From Chlamydiia bacterium (GTDB lineage: Bacteria > Chlamydiota > Chlamydiia > Chlamydiales > JAYUZV01), in contig JAYUZV010000039.1 in assembly GCA_043751475.1 (NCBI GenBank), positions 1-42,802 of the forward strand: 42,802 bases of DNA. The letters run 5' to 3'. Positions 27,524 through 38,291 of the stretch are shown here, piece after piece (positions within the stretch are counted from its first letter, which is position 1; every line of letters starts with the position of its first letter). The notes below the pieces were generated by a model, which did no database searches, was not told the origin of the DNA, and saw only the letters and a list, made by a program, of their open reading frames with translations. The position numbers and the translations under genes are program-made.

Positions 27524-28138
27524 ATGGAACAGTTCCACAATTGGCTAGTTATCTACGCGCCCTACGCTCATTGGATGATTTTTGGGTTAATTCTGCTAGC
27601 TGGGCTAAATCTGCCCTTTAGTCTTGATGCCCTGACTATTACCGCCGCGCTCCTAGCCGCAACGGTTGTCCCGCAAAATCTCTATAAACTTTTTGTTAGT
27701 GTCTGGCTCGGCGCCATCTTATCCGCCTACATCAGCTACTGGCTTGGCCGAATTGTGGGCAATAAGTTGATGCGTAAACCCTTTTTTCAAAAAATAATTA
27801 ACCCCGAAAGCCTTAAAACAATGCGCCGATTTTACAAAGATCACGGCTTATTTGCGATGATTGTCGGCAGATTTATCCCTTTTGGCGCTCGGAACTGTCT
27901 CTTTATGTCATCTGGTATGAGCCATACGCCCTTTGCAGCATTTATTTGGCAGGATTTTATCGCGTGCTCAATTTGGGCAACCACCTGCTTCTCTATCTAC
28001 TACTCAATTGGCCATAACTACGATGCGCTGATGGGTCACATCCGGATTGTGAATCTCGTTATTGGCGCCCTATTTTTAATTGCTGTTACAACTTTTATCA
28101 TCTATAAAAGAAAAAAAGCAAAAAAACGCTTCTGGTAA
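27524..28138 (+). CDS. DedA/VTT-domain membrane protein
   Basis: SYWLGR and GRFIPFGARN motifs, multiple TM segments, basic C-terminal tail. Confidence 0.9.
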   Translation: MEQFHNWLVIYAPYAHWMIFGLILLAGLNLPFSLDALTITAALLAATVVPQNLYKLFVSVWLGAILSAYISYWLGRIVGNKLMRKPFFQKIINPESLKTMRRFYKDHGLFAMIVGRFIPFGARNCLFMSSGMSHTPFAAFIWQDFIACSIWATTCFSIYYSIGHNYDALMGHIRIVNLVIGALFLIAVTTFIIYKRKKAKKRFW

Positions 28139-28200
28139 GAGCCCTATATCGTGTATCTATAAAATTAATTGTATAGATTAAACTGCTATAGGTTCATCAG

Positions 28201-29286
28201 ATGGAAAAAGTCACCTCTACCCTACTTGCAATCCTCATTGCACTGATTCTTCTCGTTATTGGAGTCCATTTTTTACCGTTTGATGAGGCCATTCTCTCTT
28301 CCATCAGATCGATGTTAACTACAACATCGACCATTGTCTTTTTTCTATTTCTACTTACCTTTATCGGAAGTTCAATTCACGACCAGCTCATCAGCCCACC
28401 CGAGCGAACAGTTCTTATGCTTGAACCAAATCACCTCGGGGATATTGAGTCGACAAAAGGAGCGGCACCGATCTTCATTAAACTGCCCATTCATGGAATC
28501 ATCGGTGGGCCAGATCTTTCTATGGACCTAATTGACTCCTTTTTGACAGACACTTTTGGGCCAATCCTGCCAAAAGAGCAGATTCGCGGGGTGATTTTAC
28601 ACATCGACTCCCCAGGTGGCACCGACATCGACTCTGCTGGCATTTACAAGTTAATCAGCGAACTAAAAGAGCGTTTTAAAATTCCGGTACACGCCTACAT
28701 CGAAGGGCTCTGCGCATCGGGCGGCCTCTATGTCGCCTGTTCTGCAGACCGCATTAGCGCCTCTAAAGTCAGTAAAATCGGCTCTATCGGCGTTATCATG
28801 GGTCCCCTCCTTAATTTCACAGATGGAATGAAAAAGCTCGGTATCAGCTCTCGCACCCTTTCACAAGGGCGCGGCAAAGACCTTTTTAACCCATTTAGAA
28901 AATGGGAGAAAGATGAGGGCAAATCGATCCAGAAAATCATCGATGCGCTATACGAAGAATTTGCGGCCATTGTAAGCACTAGTCGTAAGGTCTCAAAGAA
29001 AAAAATAGAGCAGATGGGAGCCGACCTATTTATGGCAACAGAAGCACAAACTCTTGGCCTGATCGATGCATCGAGCAGCAGTTATAGTCAGGCCCTTCTT
29101 GGCCTTATTACAGCAGCAGGACTTAAAGAGAGCGATAGCTATCAGGTAATGAGTGTTTCACGGCCACGCCAATTTTTAGAAGAGATGATTGCCGGATTCT
29201 CACTAAAAAGCAGCCCGCTAGGAGTAAAAGACCTCCTGAAAATGGACCCCGCAACAAAATCGCAATTTCTTTTTCTCTACAGATAA
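28201..29286 (+). CDS. S49 family peptidase (SppA/SohB-like), paralog 1
   Basis: IDSPGG, CASGG (catalytic Ser), GSIGV, GKD; N-terminal TM segments. Confidence 0.88.
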   Translation: MEKVTSTLLAILIALILLVIGVHFLPFDEAILSSIRSMLTTTSTIVFFLFLLTFIGSSIHDQLISPPERTVLMLEPNHLGDIESTKGAAPIFIKLPIHGIIGGPDLSMDLIDSFLTDTFGPILPKEQIRGVILHIDSPGGTDIDSAGIYKLISELKERFKIPVHAYIEGLCASGGLYVACSADRISASKVSKIGSIGVIMGPLLNFTDGMKKLGISSRTLSQGRGKDLFNPFRKWEKDEGKSIQKIIDALYEEFAAIVSTSRKVSKKKIEQMGADLFMATEAQTLGLIDASSSSYSQALLGLITAAGLKESDSYQVMSVSRPRQFLEEMIAGFSLKSSPLGVKDLLKMDPATKSQFLFLYR

Positions 29287-29346
29287 ATCTAGAAGAAAAT
29301 AGCAGCAATTCCTAATATAAATTAGAAAGAAAAAGAGGAAGAGATA

Positions 29347-30381
29347 ATGCCTACAAAAGATTCTGTTTTCATGAGTGCTGTGCGTACTTTCTGTGTTGTG
29401 CTAGCCGGTTTTTTTGCAATTTTATGCGGTTTTTTCCTTCTCTCTGCAGCTTTTTTCTCCCCTAAAGTCCTCCCTCTACAGGCGACACCTTCTGATGTCA
29501 TCATCTACCCAGATGAGCATGGAAATCGCGCCCTTCTATCGGAATCAACACCCGTTATTTTAAGGCTCAATATCCATGGCGTTATCGGTCAGGGAAACCT
29601 CTCACAAGAAAAAGTTGAGGGCATGCTACTTGATGCGCGTAATGGCACTCTACGCAAGGGTCGCCTAAAAGCTATTATCCTCCACATTAACTCTCCGGGC
29701 GGTATTGCCGAAGATTCATTTGGTATCTATGCGGCGCTTAAAGAGTTAAAAGAAGAGCTATCTATTCCTCTCTACGCCTATGTCGAAGGTAGCTGCATGT
29801 CTGGTGCTATGTTTATTGCATGTGCCGCTGATAAAATTTACGCGTCTGCCGCCAGCAGCGTCGGTTCTGTCGGCGTTATTGTTGGACCTTCTTTTAACGT
29901 AAGCAGTGCCATGGAAAAATATGGTGTTGCTTCAAAAACAATTACACAGGGTAAAGACAAAGATATGCTTAACCCATACCGTCCTTGGAAAGAGAACGAA
30001 GGCCAATCAATCACCACACTTGTTGAAGCGCTCTACGACCAATTCGTCGCGGTTGTGACAACCAACAGACCTAAAATTTCAGAGGCGATGTTGCGCGACA
30101 CCCTCGGCGCGAATGTCTTTATTTCTTATGAAGCTGAAAAACTCGGCTATATTGATGTTGCAGGTGTTCCTTATCACAAAGCCCTTCATGATTTAGCTGA
30201 AACAGCTAAACTTAACCAATACCAAGTGTTACGCATCCGTCCTCCAGTGAATCTCTACGAGAGCGTTTTTGGTAAGGGGGAAAGCGGAAATGGAGCCCAA
30301 GTTGACCATGTCGTGCACTTTGGAAAAAAATGGGGTGAAGCGCTGCAGGGCAGAAACCTCTTCTATTACGACCAGAACTAA
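29347..30381 (+). CDS. S49 family peptidase (SppA/SohB-like), paralog 2
   Basis: INSPGG, CMSGA, GSVGV, GKDKD; directly upstream of polA. Confidence 0.88.
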   Translation: MPTKDSVFMSAVRTFCVVLAGFFAILCGFFLLSAAFFSPKVLPLQATPSDVIIYPDEHGNRALLSESTPVILRLNIHGVIGQGNLSQEKVEGMLLDARNGTLRKGRLKAIILHINSPGGIAEDSFGIYAALKELKEELSIPLYAYVEGSCMSGAMFIACAADKIYASAASSVGSVGVIVGPSFNVSSAMEKYGVASKTITQGKDKDMLNPYRPWKENEGQSITTLVEALYDQFVAVVTTNRPKISEAMLRDTLGANVFISYEAEKLGYIDVAGVPYHKALHDLAETAKLNQYQVLRIRPPVNLYESVFGKGESGNGAQVDHVVHFGKKWGEALQGRNLFYYDQN

Positions 30382-30409
30382 ACTTTACATCTTGGCTTTA
30401 AGGTAATCT

Positions 30410-33073
30410 ATGGACAAGCTCTATCTTGTCGACGCGCTAAACATCCTCTTTCGCAGCTACCACGCCATTAGAGCCCCTTTCACAAATAAAAAGGGCGAGC
30501 CAACAAATGCCCTCTATGGCTTTGTCCGCTCTATTAATAAGATTATTAAAGAGCATGGCCCCTCGCACATCGCCATTATCTTTGATGGCCCGGGAAACAA
30601 AGAGAGCAGGCAAGCTATTTTTGCGGCCTATAAACAGAATAGACCGCCCATGCCGGAAGATCTGCGCCACCAGATGGCCTACGCCAAAGCATTCTGCAAA
30701 GCAGCCCACCTACCGATCTTAGAAGTGCCCGGCCATGAAGCGGATGATGTCATCGGCACGCTCGCTGTTTGGTCTGAAAAAAAAGGCTCTAATACTTACA
30801 TCATCTCGAGTGATAAAGATCTCGCGCAACTTATCACAGATCACACCTTCATGATCAACCCAAGCAAAGATAATCTGCTCATTGATAAATTGGCTGTTAA
30901 AGAGATTTATGGCGTTCATCCAAATCAAATTCCCGATCTGCTCGGCCTTATGGGAGACAGTTCTGACAATATTCCAGGCGTTCCAGGTGTTGGCCCCAAA
31001 ACGGCAATTACTTTTATTGAAGAGTTTGAGTCTATAGAAAACTTACTAAAACAGAGCGGCACAGGCAAAAAATGGGATCTGCTAAAAGAGCATGCAGATA
31101 GCGCTATTCTGTCTAAAAAACTGGCCACTATTTTAATAGATGACTCTCTCATTCCCACATTAACTGAGGACTTTTTTACCCTAAAAAATGGCGCTATCGA
31201 TGAGTTGCGCGCCTTCTACACAGAGATGGATTTTAAGACGTTACTGGCAGAATTACCTGCCGCTAAAGAGGTTCCATCAGCGGAGGAAAAACCGCTTTTT
31301 CATGTAGTAAATAGCGAGAAGGAAATAGCAGATCTTATCGCCAATTTAATGGGCGAGTCTACCCTTGTTTTTGACACAGAGACAACATCTATAGAACCTA
31401 TGGAGAGCCTGCTTGTCGGTATAGGTTTAAAAGCTGGTGGTGGGCCGCCTTGCTATATTCCCATGAATGGCGCCGTTCCAAAAAAACGGCTTCTCGATTT
31501 ACTCAAACTGCTCTTTGAAAACCCAAATATCGCCTTTTGTGGCCACAATATTAAGTTCGACATACACACGTTACTAAATGAAGGAATCTGTGTTGCAAAG
31601 ATCGGGTTTGACACGATGATCGCCTCCTATTTGCTAAGTCCGCAGGAGCCGCGCCACGGCCTTGACCACCTATCTGCACTCCACTTTGACAAGACAAAGA
31701 TTCCTATTACAGATCTGATCGGAAAGGGCAAAGAAGAGATCTCGATGAGCACTGTGCCGCTTGAAAAGATCAGCGAATATTGCTGCGAGGATGTCGAATA
31801 TACTGCAAAACTCCAAAACCTTTTTGAGCCTCAGTTAAAAAATCATGAAAAGCTCTATCAGCTTTTTAAAACCATTGAACTCCCGCTTATTCCGGTGCTT
31901 ATTAAGATGGAGCGCGCAGGCATTTTTGTAGACAGAGAAAAACTTGCTAAAATGTCCTATATGCTGACTGAAAAACTCGCGCTACTCGAAGCAAAAGTGC
32001 AAAAAGAGGCAGGTCACGCAATCAACCTCAATTCGCCCAAACAGGTGGCAGAACTTCTCTTCAATCAGATGGGTATTCATCCACTGGAAAAGACCGCGAC
32101 AGGCTATTCGACAAGTGCTGAGGTCCTAGAAAAACTGCGCGACAACTACCCAATTGCCGGAGATATTCTAGACTACCGGCTGCTCGAAAAACTCCGCTCG
32201 ACCTATGTCGATTCACTGCCCGAACAGATCAACAAAGAAACAGGAAAAATCCACTGCACATTTATGCAGACAGTGGCTGCAACAGGAAGGCTCTCTTGCC
32301 AATCTCCAAACTTGCAAAATATTCCGACGCGCTCTGAAGAAGGACGTAAAATTCGGGAAGCTTTTAGACCTGAAAAAGCGGGGTTTTTCTTTCTTGCAGC
32401 CGACTACTCGCAAATTGAACTGCGTCTACTTGCCCACATGAGTGAGGACCCCTACTTAATTGACGCCTTTACGCGCGGATTCGACGTCCATATCGCAACA
32501 GCGGCTCTTATTTTCGGCTGCGATATAAAAGAAGTCACGCTAGAAATGCGCCAACAAGCGAAGGCTGTCAACTTCGGTGTTATCTACGGCCAGCAAGCTT
32601 TTGGCCTATCAAAAGGGCAAGGAATTACCTTTGCCGCTGCAAAAGAATTTATCAAAAAATATTTTGATCGGCTGCCGGGTGTAAAAAGATATATCGATGA
32701 CGCAATTGCTACGGCAAAGAGCAACGGCTATTCCGAAACACTTACCGGTAGGCGTAGGCCTATTCCAGAACTATCAAGTAAAAACCCTGCCCTACGCGGC
32801 TTTGGCGAGCGGCTCGCCGTCAATAGTCCACTGCAAGGTACCAATGCCGACCTGATTAAAATAGCGATGATCCGCATTCAAAAAAGGATTGAGAGCGAAC
32901 TTAAAAATAGCCATATGCTCCTGCAAATTCACGATGAGCTCCTTTTTGAGGTGATAGAGAGTGAAATTTTAGCTCTAGAAACACTCGTAAAGGAAGAGAT
33001 GGAAGGAGTTATCTCGCTTAAGGTCCCGCTTCTTGTAGACATAAAGATTGGCAAAAATTGGGGCGAGTGCTAG
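30410..33073 (+). CDS. polA: DNA polymerase I
   Basis: 5'-nuclease (EADD, DKD, GDSSDNIPG), proofreading motifs FDTET / NIKFD / YCCED, polymerase motifs DYSQIELR, KAVNFGVIYG and QIHDE. Confidence 0.98.
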   Translation: MDKLYLVDALNILFRSYHAIRAPFTNKKGEPTNALYGFVRSINKIIKEHGPSHIAIIFDGPGNKESRQAIFAAYKQNRPPMPEDLRHQMAYAKAFCKAAHLPILEVPGHEADDVIGTLAVWSEKKGSNTYIISSDKDLAQLITDHTFMINPSKDNLLIDKLAVKEIYGVHPNQIPDLLGLMGDSSDNIPGVPGVGPKTAITFIEEFESIENLLKQSGTGKKWDLLKEHADSAILSKKLATILIDDSLIPTLTEDFFTLKNGAIDELRAFYTEMDFKTLLAELPAAKEVPSAEEKPLFHVVNSEKEIADLIANLMGESTLVFDTETTSIEPMESLLVGIGLKAGGGPPCYIPMNGAVPKKRLLDLLKLLFENPNIAFCGHNIKFDIHTLLNEGICVAKIGFDTMIASYLLSPQEPRHGLDHLSALHFDKTKIPITDLIGKGKEEISMSTVPLEKISEYCCEDVEYTAKLQNLFEPQLKNHEKLYQLFKTIELPLIPVLIKMERAGIFVDREKLAKMSYMLTEKLALLEAKVQKEAGHAINLNSPKQVAELLFNQMGIHPLEKTATGYSTSAEVLEKLRDNYPIAGDILDYRLLEKLRSTYVDSLPEQINKETGKIHCTFMQTVAATGRLSCQSPNLQNIPTRSEEGRKIREAFRPEKAGFFFLAADYSQIELRLLAHMSEDPYLIDAFTRGFDVHIATAALIFGCDIKEVTLEMRQQAKAVNFGVIYGQQAFGLSKGQGITFAAAKEFIKKYFDRLPGVKRYIDDAIATAKSNGYSETLTGRRRPIPELSSKNPALRGFGERLAVNSPLQGTNADLIKIAMIRIQKRIESELKNSHMLLQIHDELLFEVIESEILALETLVKEEMEGVISLKVPLLVDIKIGKNWGEC

Positions 33074-33074
33074 T

Positions 33075-33656
33075 TTGATTAAGATTGCAGTAACCGGCGG
33101 GCTCGCATCAGGCAAGTCCACTGTATGTAAAATCATTAAAGAAAGCTTTTGCGCTACCGTTGTTGATACCGACAAAATCGCCCATATTTTATTGTCGGAA
33201 GATAGCGCTGTTAAAGAAAAGATTGTAGAGCTATTCGGTAGCGCAGCCACCACAGATGGGCGGTTAGACAGAGAAAAAATAGCGTCTATTGTCTTTACAA
33301 ATAATGAGAAATTAACAGCCTTAGAAAACCTACTTCACCCACTTGTTTTTGATAAAATAAAAGAGCTATATTCTAAACAGAAAAACTCCCCTGAATTCAC
33401 CTGTTTTGTTGCGGAAGTTCCACTGCTTTTTGAAAGCGGAATGGAGATCTTTTTTGATGCGACAATCGCTGTTCATGCAAATGAAGCTGCTTGCCAAGAG
33501 CGTTTTATAAAAAGTGATTTTGCAGCGCGCATAAAAAATCAAATGGCTATGAAAGAGAAGATAAAACGCGCCGATTACACCATTGAAAATAGTGAAAATG
33601 AAGCAGCGCTAAAAGAGAATGTTTTAAAGATCATGAACCAAATTTCAAAAACTTAA
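33075..33656 (+). CDS. coaE: Dephospho-CoA kinase
   Basis: IAVTGGLASGKSTV, LENLLHP, EVPLLFE. TTG at 33075 just after the polA stop; the track start is 33048. Confidence 0.93.
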   Translation: MIKIAVTGGLASGKSTVCKIIKESFCATVVDTDKIAHILLSEDSAVKEKIVELFGSAATTDGRLDREKIASIVFTNNEKLTALENLLHPLVFDKIKELYSKQKNSPEFTCFVAEVPLLFESGMEIFFDATIAVHANEAACQERFIKSDFAARIKNQMAMKEKIKRADYTIENSENEAALKENVLKIMNQISKT

Positions 33657-33671
33657 GAGATCATTATCCGC

Positions 33672-35183
33672 ATGGAAAACGAAATAACAAACGCCCCTCT
33701 ACCTGAAACAAATAGACCCCCTCAAGAGAGTGGTGGAGAAAATCGCCGAAGGGAGCGCACTGGAAGGAGTAACGACAGAAGAGGCAATCGAGATCATACC
33801 AATCGGCCGCGTCCTCCTCAGAGCGGCGAAAGAGCGCCCCATCGCGAGAGAACCCCCATGCCAAAAGAGGAAGGCGAAGAGCTGCTGAACTACAGCGACC
33901 TACCCCCTGAGGATCCAACGCCTGCAATCACAACGATTGCCGAGCTTCAGCGTATGCCGATTGAGCAGCTAACCGGCGTTGCCAAAATGTTCCAGATAAA
34001 AAATATGGGCAAAATGAATAAAGCCCAGATTGTCCACCTGATTGTGAAAGCAAAAATGGAACACTATAAGGCCAATATGATTGCCGAAGGTGTCCTTGAT
34101 TTACACCACGAAGGATTTGGCTTTCTGCGCTCACCTTTTTTCAACTATATTAGCTCAGCCGAAGATGTCCATATTTCGCAGTCGCAGGTGCGTAAAAATA
34201 ATTTGAAGCGTGGCGATTCTGTTAAAGGCCATATCCGCATACCGAAAGAAGGCGAACAATATTTTGCACTTGCAAGTGTGCTTACTGTCAACGATGATGA
34301 TATCAGCTCTATGAACGAGCGAATCGCCTTTGAAAATTTAACACCCCTCTTCCCAGATACGCGCTTTTTTCTTGAAACTGCAAAAAACAAATTGACACCG
34401 CGCGTTCTCGACCTCTTTATTCCCCTTGGAAAAGGACAGCGCGCACTGATTGTGGCGCCGCCTAAAACCGGAAAAACAACAATGCTACAAGATATTGCCA
34501 ATGCGATATCTCAGAAGTATCCCGAGTGCGTTTTAAAGATTCTTCTTATCGATGAGCGTCCAGAGGAAGTGACGGATATGATCCGAAACGTCAAAAATGC
34601 AGAGGTCATCGCCTCTACATTTGATGAACCGGCAAGCCGCCACGTTAAAATTGCCGATATGGTAATTGATAACGCAAAACGCCTGGTTGAGCACGGAAAA
34701 GATGTGATTATCCTACTTGACTCGATTACCCGTCTAGCGAGGGCCTATAACATGGTCGAGCCGCACTCGGGCAAGGTTCTTTCTGGTGGTGTTGACGCTA
34801 ATGCCCTTCATAAACCAAAACGTTTCTTTGGTGCCGCAAGAAATATCGAACATGGCGGATCACTCACGATTATTGCCACAGCCCTTGTAGACACCGGTTC
34901 GCGGATGGATGAGGTTATTTTTGAGGAGTTTAAAGGTACAGGAAACGCGGAGATTGTCCTGACACGCGAGCTCTCGAATAAGCGCCTCTACCCAGCCATT
35001 GACCTTCTTAAATCCGGCACGCGTAAAGAGGAGCTGCTCTATGACCCTCAAGAATTGCTGAAAATCAACCTTCTACGGGTCACTCTTGCTGACCTTGGCA
35101 GCTACGACGCGATGAATATGCTGCTAAGGCCGCTCACGGCGTCGGGTAGCAACGTCGAGTTTCTCCTCTCCCTCAAGGGATAA
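33672..35183 (+). CDS. rho: Transcription termination factor Rho
   Basis: [43 protein letters not shown]; charged low-complexity N-terminal extension. Confidence 0.98.
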   Translation: MENEITNAPLPETNRPPQESGGENRRRERTGRSNDRRGNRDHTNRPRPPQSGERAPHRERTPMPKEEGEELLNYSDLPPEDPTPAITTIAELQRMPIEQLTGVAKMFQIKNMGKMNKAQIVHLIVKAKMEHYKANMIAEGVLDLHHEGFGFLRSPFFNYISSAEDVHISQSQVRKNNLKRGDSVKGHIRIPKEGEQYFALASVLTVNDDDISSMNERIAFENLTPLFPDTRFFLETAKNKLTPRVLDLFIPLGKGQRALIVAPPKTGKTTMLQDIANAISQKYPECVLKILLIDERPEEVTDMIRNVKNAEVIASTFDEPASRHVKIADMVIDNAKRLVEHGKDVIILLDSITRLARAYNMVEPHSGKVLSGGVDANALHKPKRFFGAARNIEHGGSLTIIATALVDTGSRMDEVIFEEFKGTGNAEIVLTRELSNKRLYPAIDLLKSGTRKEELLYDPQELLKINLLRVTLADLGSYDAMNMLLRPLTASGSNVEFLLSLKG

Positions 35184-35186
35184 GTA

Positions 35187-35653
35187 GTTGCACGATACAA
35201 AGATAAGCAAGACAAGAAAGCAAAATTGGCACGGATAACAGGATAAGAAAGGATAAGAAAGGATAAGTAAGAAAAATAATTAATTAAATAGTAAAACCAA
35301 CAGCGTCTAACGAAGGGTGTGTACAACGAATTGTGTAAACGTCTTTTTCTTGCCTTTTCAAAAGCCTTCTTCCCACCCCTGATTTCTTTCTTTATCATTT
35401 ATATCATCACATCATTCCAATCATTTAATTCTAAAACAAATTAACGATCGAAATGATGCGATGATATAAGTGATAAAGAAATTATTTATTTAATAAAAAC
35501 CTGAATTCCCCCAAAAAAACCAATTCTCATTGGATCCGTTTACACGGTGCGTTAAACCCTGTCGGTTTTACTATTTAATTAATTATTTTTCTTACTTATC
35601 CTTTCTTATCCTGTTATCCGTGCCAATTTTCCTTTACTTGCTTATCCTTGCTG
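35187..35653. repeat. Large nested palindromic element, locus 2 of the family
   Basis: Outer arms 35222-35303 / 35559-35630 (one mismatch plus one extra 10-bp unit), extending imperfectly to ~35198/35650; inner arms 35387-35422 / 35446-35481 (32/36). Confidence 0.92.
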
Positions 35654-35750
35654 ATCTGTTCTCCATCTTTCTGATCCGTGCTTTACAAAGATATCGGATA
35701 ACTCTATCATCCCCCACTTTCATCAGTAGTGAAAACCCAGGTGGTAGATT

Positions 35751-37385
35751 ATGAAACGGTGGAGCCTCCTCGTTCTAGTCCTTCTTGCAGCAGCAGCTCT
35801 TTTTGTTAAAAGCAAAGAGCGTGATCGTAGCAATAACCCTGTCCAAGCCGGCCAGTTTTTACGGCTTAACCTAGAGCGCGAACCAGCAACACTCGACCCG
35901 CGTAAAGGAGGCGATGTCGTTTCGACCTCTCTTCATTTCATGCTCTTTAACGGCCTTGCCAGAGTTGGCGCTGACGGCAAAACCCAGCTCTCTGGAGCCG
36001 ATTCCTACACACTGTCAACAGATAAATTGACATACACATTTTATTTGAAAGAGGCAACATGGTCAAACGGCTTGCCTGTAACTGCACACGACTACGAATA
36101 TTCATGGAAAAAAATTGCTGACCCTATATTTCCAGCCCCAAATGCCCACCTGATTTATCCCATTAAAAACGCGCGTGCCTGTAAAGAAGGGAAATTACCC
36201 ATTAGCGAACTGGGTGTAAAAGCTCTAAGCGACAGAACACTGGTTGTCACCTTGGAAAGACCCTGCCCATATCTCCTCGATTTACTCTCTTTCTGCATCT
36301 TTTTTCCTATTAGTAAAGAGAATGAACTGATTTACTCCGACTGGGCCTATAATAAGGGCGACCGTTTTGTTTGTAATGGCCCATTTTTATTGAAAGAGTG
36401 GAAGCATCAGAATGAGATTTTACTTGTTAAAAACCCCCATTACCTCGAATCAACCCTCATTAAACTGAGCGGCATTCATATGTCAATGGTCGCAAGTGAG
36501 AACACCGCACTGCAGATGTATGAAAAAGGAGAGCTCGATCTACTGACAACCTCCGCTTCACACCTACCTATTGATTCTATTGAAAGACTTAAGCAGCGCG
36601 GGTACCTCCATATTCATCCATCGGCCGCGAGCACATTTTGTACATTTAACACCTCAAAAAAACCCTTTTCTAACATTAATATTCGCAAAGCCTTTGGCTA
36701 CGCCATTAACCGCCAAGAGCTGGTGGATAATATCACACAACTCGGAGAGCCTATTGCCACAGGACCTATTCCTCCGCTATTAAAAAATGGCCGCAACCGT
36801 CTTTTTTTTCGAGATGGAGATAAAGCGGCAGCTAAAGCCTATTTAGCGAAGGGTCTGGAAGAACTAGCCATCAAAAAAGAGGAGTTAAATAGTCTCACCT
36901 ACACCTATTCAATCTCCGAATCAAATGACAAAATTGCGCAAGCAATTCAGCAGCAGTGGAAGGAAACTCTTGGTGTTACTGTTAATTTGTGCAGCACAGA
37001 GCATAAGACACTACTAGATAAACTCGGTAAGCGCAATTACGACTTTGCCCAAGCTATTTGGGTTGCCCAGTATCCAGACCAGGTCAATATTTTAGAGCGC
37101 TTTGCCCTGAAAGATAATGTGAAAAATTATGCTGGATGGGAGGACCTTTCCTACATGCGGCTGCTAAATCGCTCGAATAATGAATTTGACTCCGAAGAGC
37201 GGGCCCTCACTCTTGAAGAAGCCGAAGAACGCTTTGTCGAGATGATGCCGGTAACTCTGCTTTTTCATATGAATTACGCATTTCTGATACAGCCCTATGT
37301 GCGTGATGTCTCTTTTACTCCCATGGGTTTTGTGCTAATCGAGCACCTATCCATTAATAAAGAGGAAAAAGCACGGCAAAAATAG
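35751..37385 (+). CDS. oppA: Oligopeptide ABC transporter substrate-binding protein (OppA family)
   Basis: EPATLDP, TYTFYLK..WSNG.PVTAHDY, NGPFLL, KNPHY, RKAFGYAINR; N-terminal anchor. Confidence 0.9.
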   Translation: MKRWSLLVLVLLAAAALFVKSKERDRSNNPVQAGQFLRLNLEREPATLDPRKGGDVVSTSLHFMLFNGLARVGADGKTQLSGADSYTLSTDKLTYTFYLKEATWSNGLPVTAHDYEYSWKKIADPIFPAPNAHLIYPIKNARACKEGKLPISELGVKALSDRTLVVTLERPCPYLLDLLSFCIFFPISKENELIYSDWAYNKGDRFVCNGPFLLKEWKHQNEILLVKNPHYLESTLIKLSGIHMSMVASENTALQMYEKGELDLLTTSASHLPIDSIERLKQRGYLHIHPSAASTFCTFNTSKKPFSNINIRKAFGYAINRQELVDNITQLGEPIATGPIPPLLKNGRNRLFFRDGDKAAAKAYLAKGLEELAIKKEELNSLTYTYSISESNDKIAQAIQQQWKETLGVTVNLCSTEHKTLLDKLGKRNYDFAQAIWVAQYPDQVNILERFALKDNVKNYAGWEDLSYMRLLNRSNNEFDSEERALTLEEAEERFVEMMPVTLLFHMNYAFLIQPYVRDVSFTPMGFVLIEHLSINKEEKARQK

Positions 37386-37439
37386 ACGAATTTTAGCTGC
37401 GTGTTGTACATTCCTCTGTAGAAAAGCAAAGACTCCTCT

Positions 37440-38273
37440 ATGTTCCGTCTCCTGAGCCTCCTCTTTACCGCACTGATGATCGCCTACGCTTATTTCTGGG
37501 TTGATTCGAAACATCCAGAATTAACAAACGAGCTCTTTACCGCGACAACAAATGTCAGGGGTGATTTGCAAACTCTTGAGGTGAAATTTAGCGTCGAACA
37601 GATTTTAAAAGCACATAAACGTGAGTTAATGCGCGATAGGCGCAATGAGTATCTCGGTGCAGCTCTTAAATTCTACCCTTATGTCCTGATGGAAGTAAAA
37701 TATCTGACGGCCAGTAAGCGTACCAAAGAGGCTCTCCTACTTTGGGATTTAACGGACGGTGAAATTGTTATTAACACAAAAAATTGGGAAAAAACCCACG
37801 GCCTCGGCGATGCTATTACGGCAAGTGCTAACCGAGAGGACTTCCAAGTGCTCCAAACCATCCATCTGCGCGGAGGTGCTGCCGATAGAGAGACTATCGC
37901 ACGCACACTTAACCTCTCAAAAGAGATAGCCGAGCACATGCTGGAGAGCGCTTCAAAAAAACATTTGGTTGTTGTGAAAAGTGGTAAATACAAAATCCAC
38001 CTCGACAGGCCTTTATTGCCGCTAAACCCAGAGACTAGGTTTACCGAATCGCTGGTTACAAAGCCCTACCGCGGCGCCCTCCGGACAGCGCCTAAATTTT
38101 CCAATGAGCGCCTCCAGAAAGTGGCAAAAGAGCTCTTCGGCTCCGACCTTGTGATTCGCGGCGCCCGCGAAATTTACCTGCCTGTCCACGCAATTGCGAT
38201 ACAAAATCCAGACGGCTCCCTCCAAACCACCCACTGGAATGGGCTAACCGGCAAAAAAATTGCCGGCAACTAA
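37440..38273 (+). CDS. Hypothetical protein with N-terminal membrane anchor
   Basis: 277-aa ORF that fills the space between oppA and tRNA-Ser; no family I can name. Confidence 0.8.
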   Translation: MFRLLSLLFTALMIAYAYFWVDSKHPELTNELFTATTNVRGDLQTLEVKFSVEQILKAHKRELMRDRRNEYLGAALKFYPYVLMEVKYLTASKRTKEALLLWDLTDGEIVINTKNWEKTHGLGDAITASANREDFQVLQTIHLRGGAADRETIARTLNLSKEIAEHMLESASKKHLVVVKSGKYKIHLDRPLLPLNPETRFTESLVTKPYRGALRTAPKFSNERLQKVAKELFGSDLVIRGAREIYLPVHAIAIQNPDGSLQTTHWNGLTGKKIAGN

Positions 38274-38291
38274 AGCTTTTATAAGGATTAA

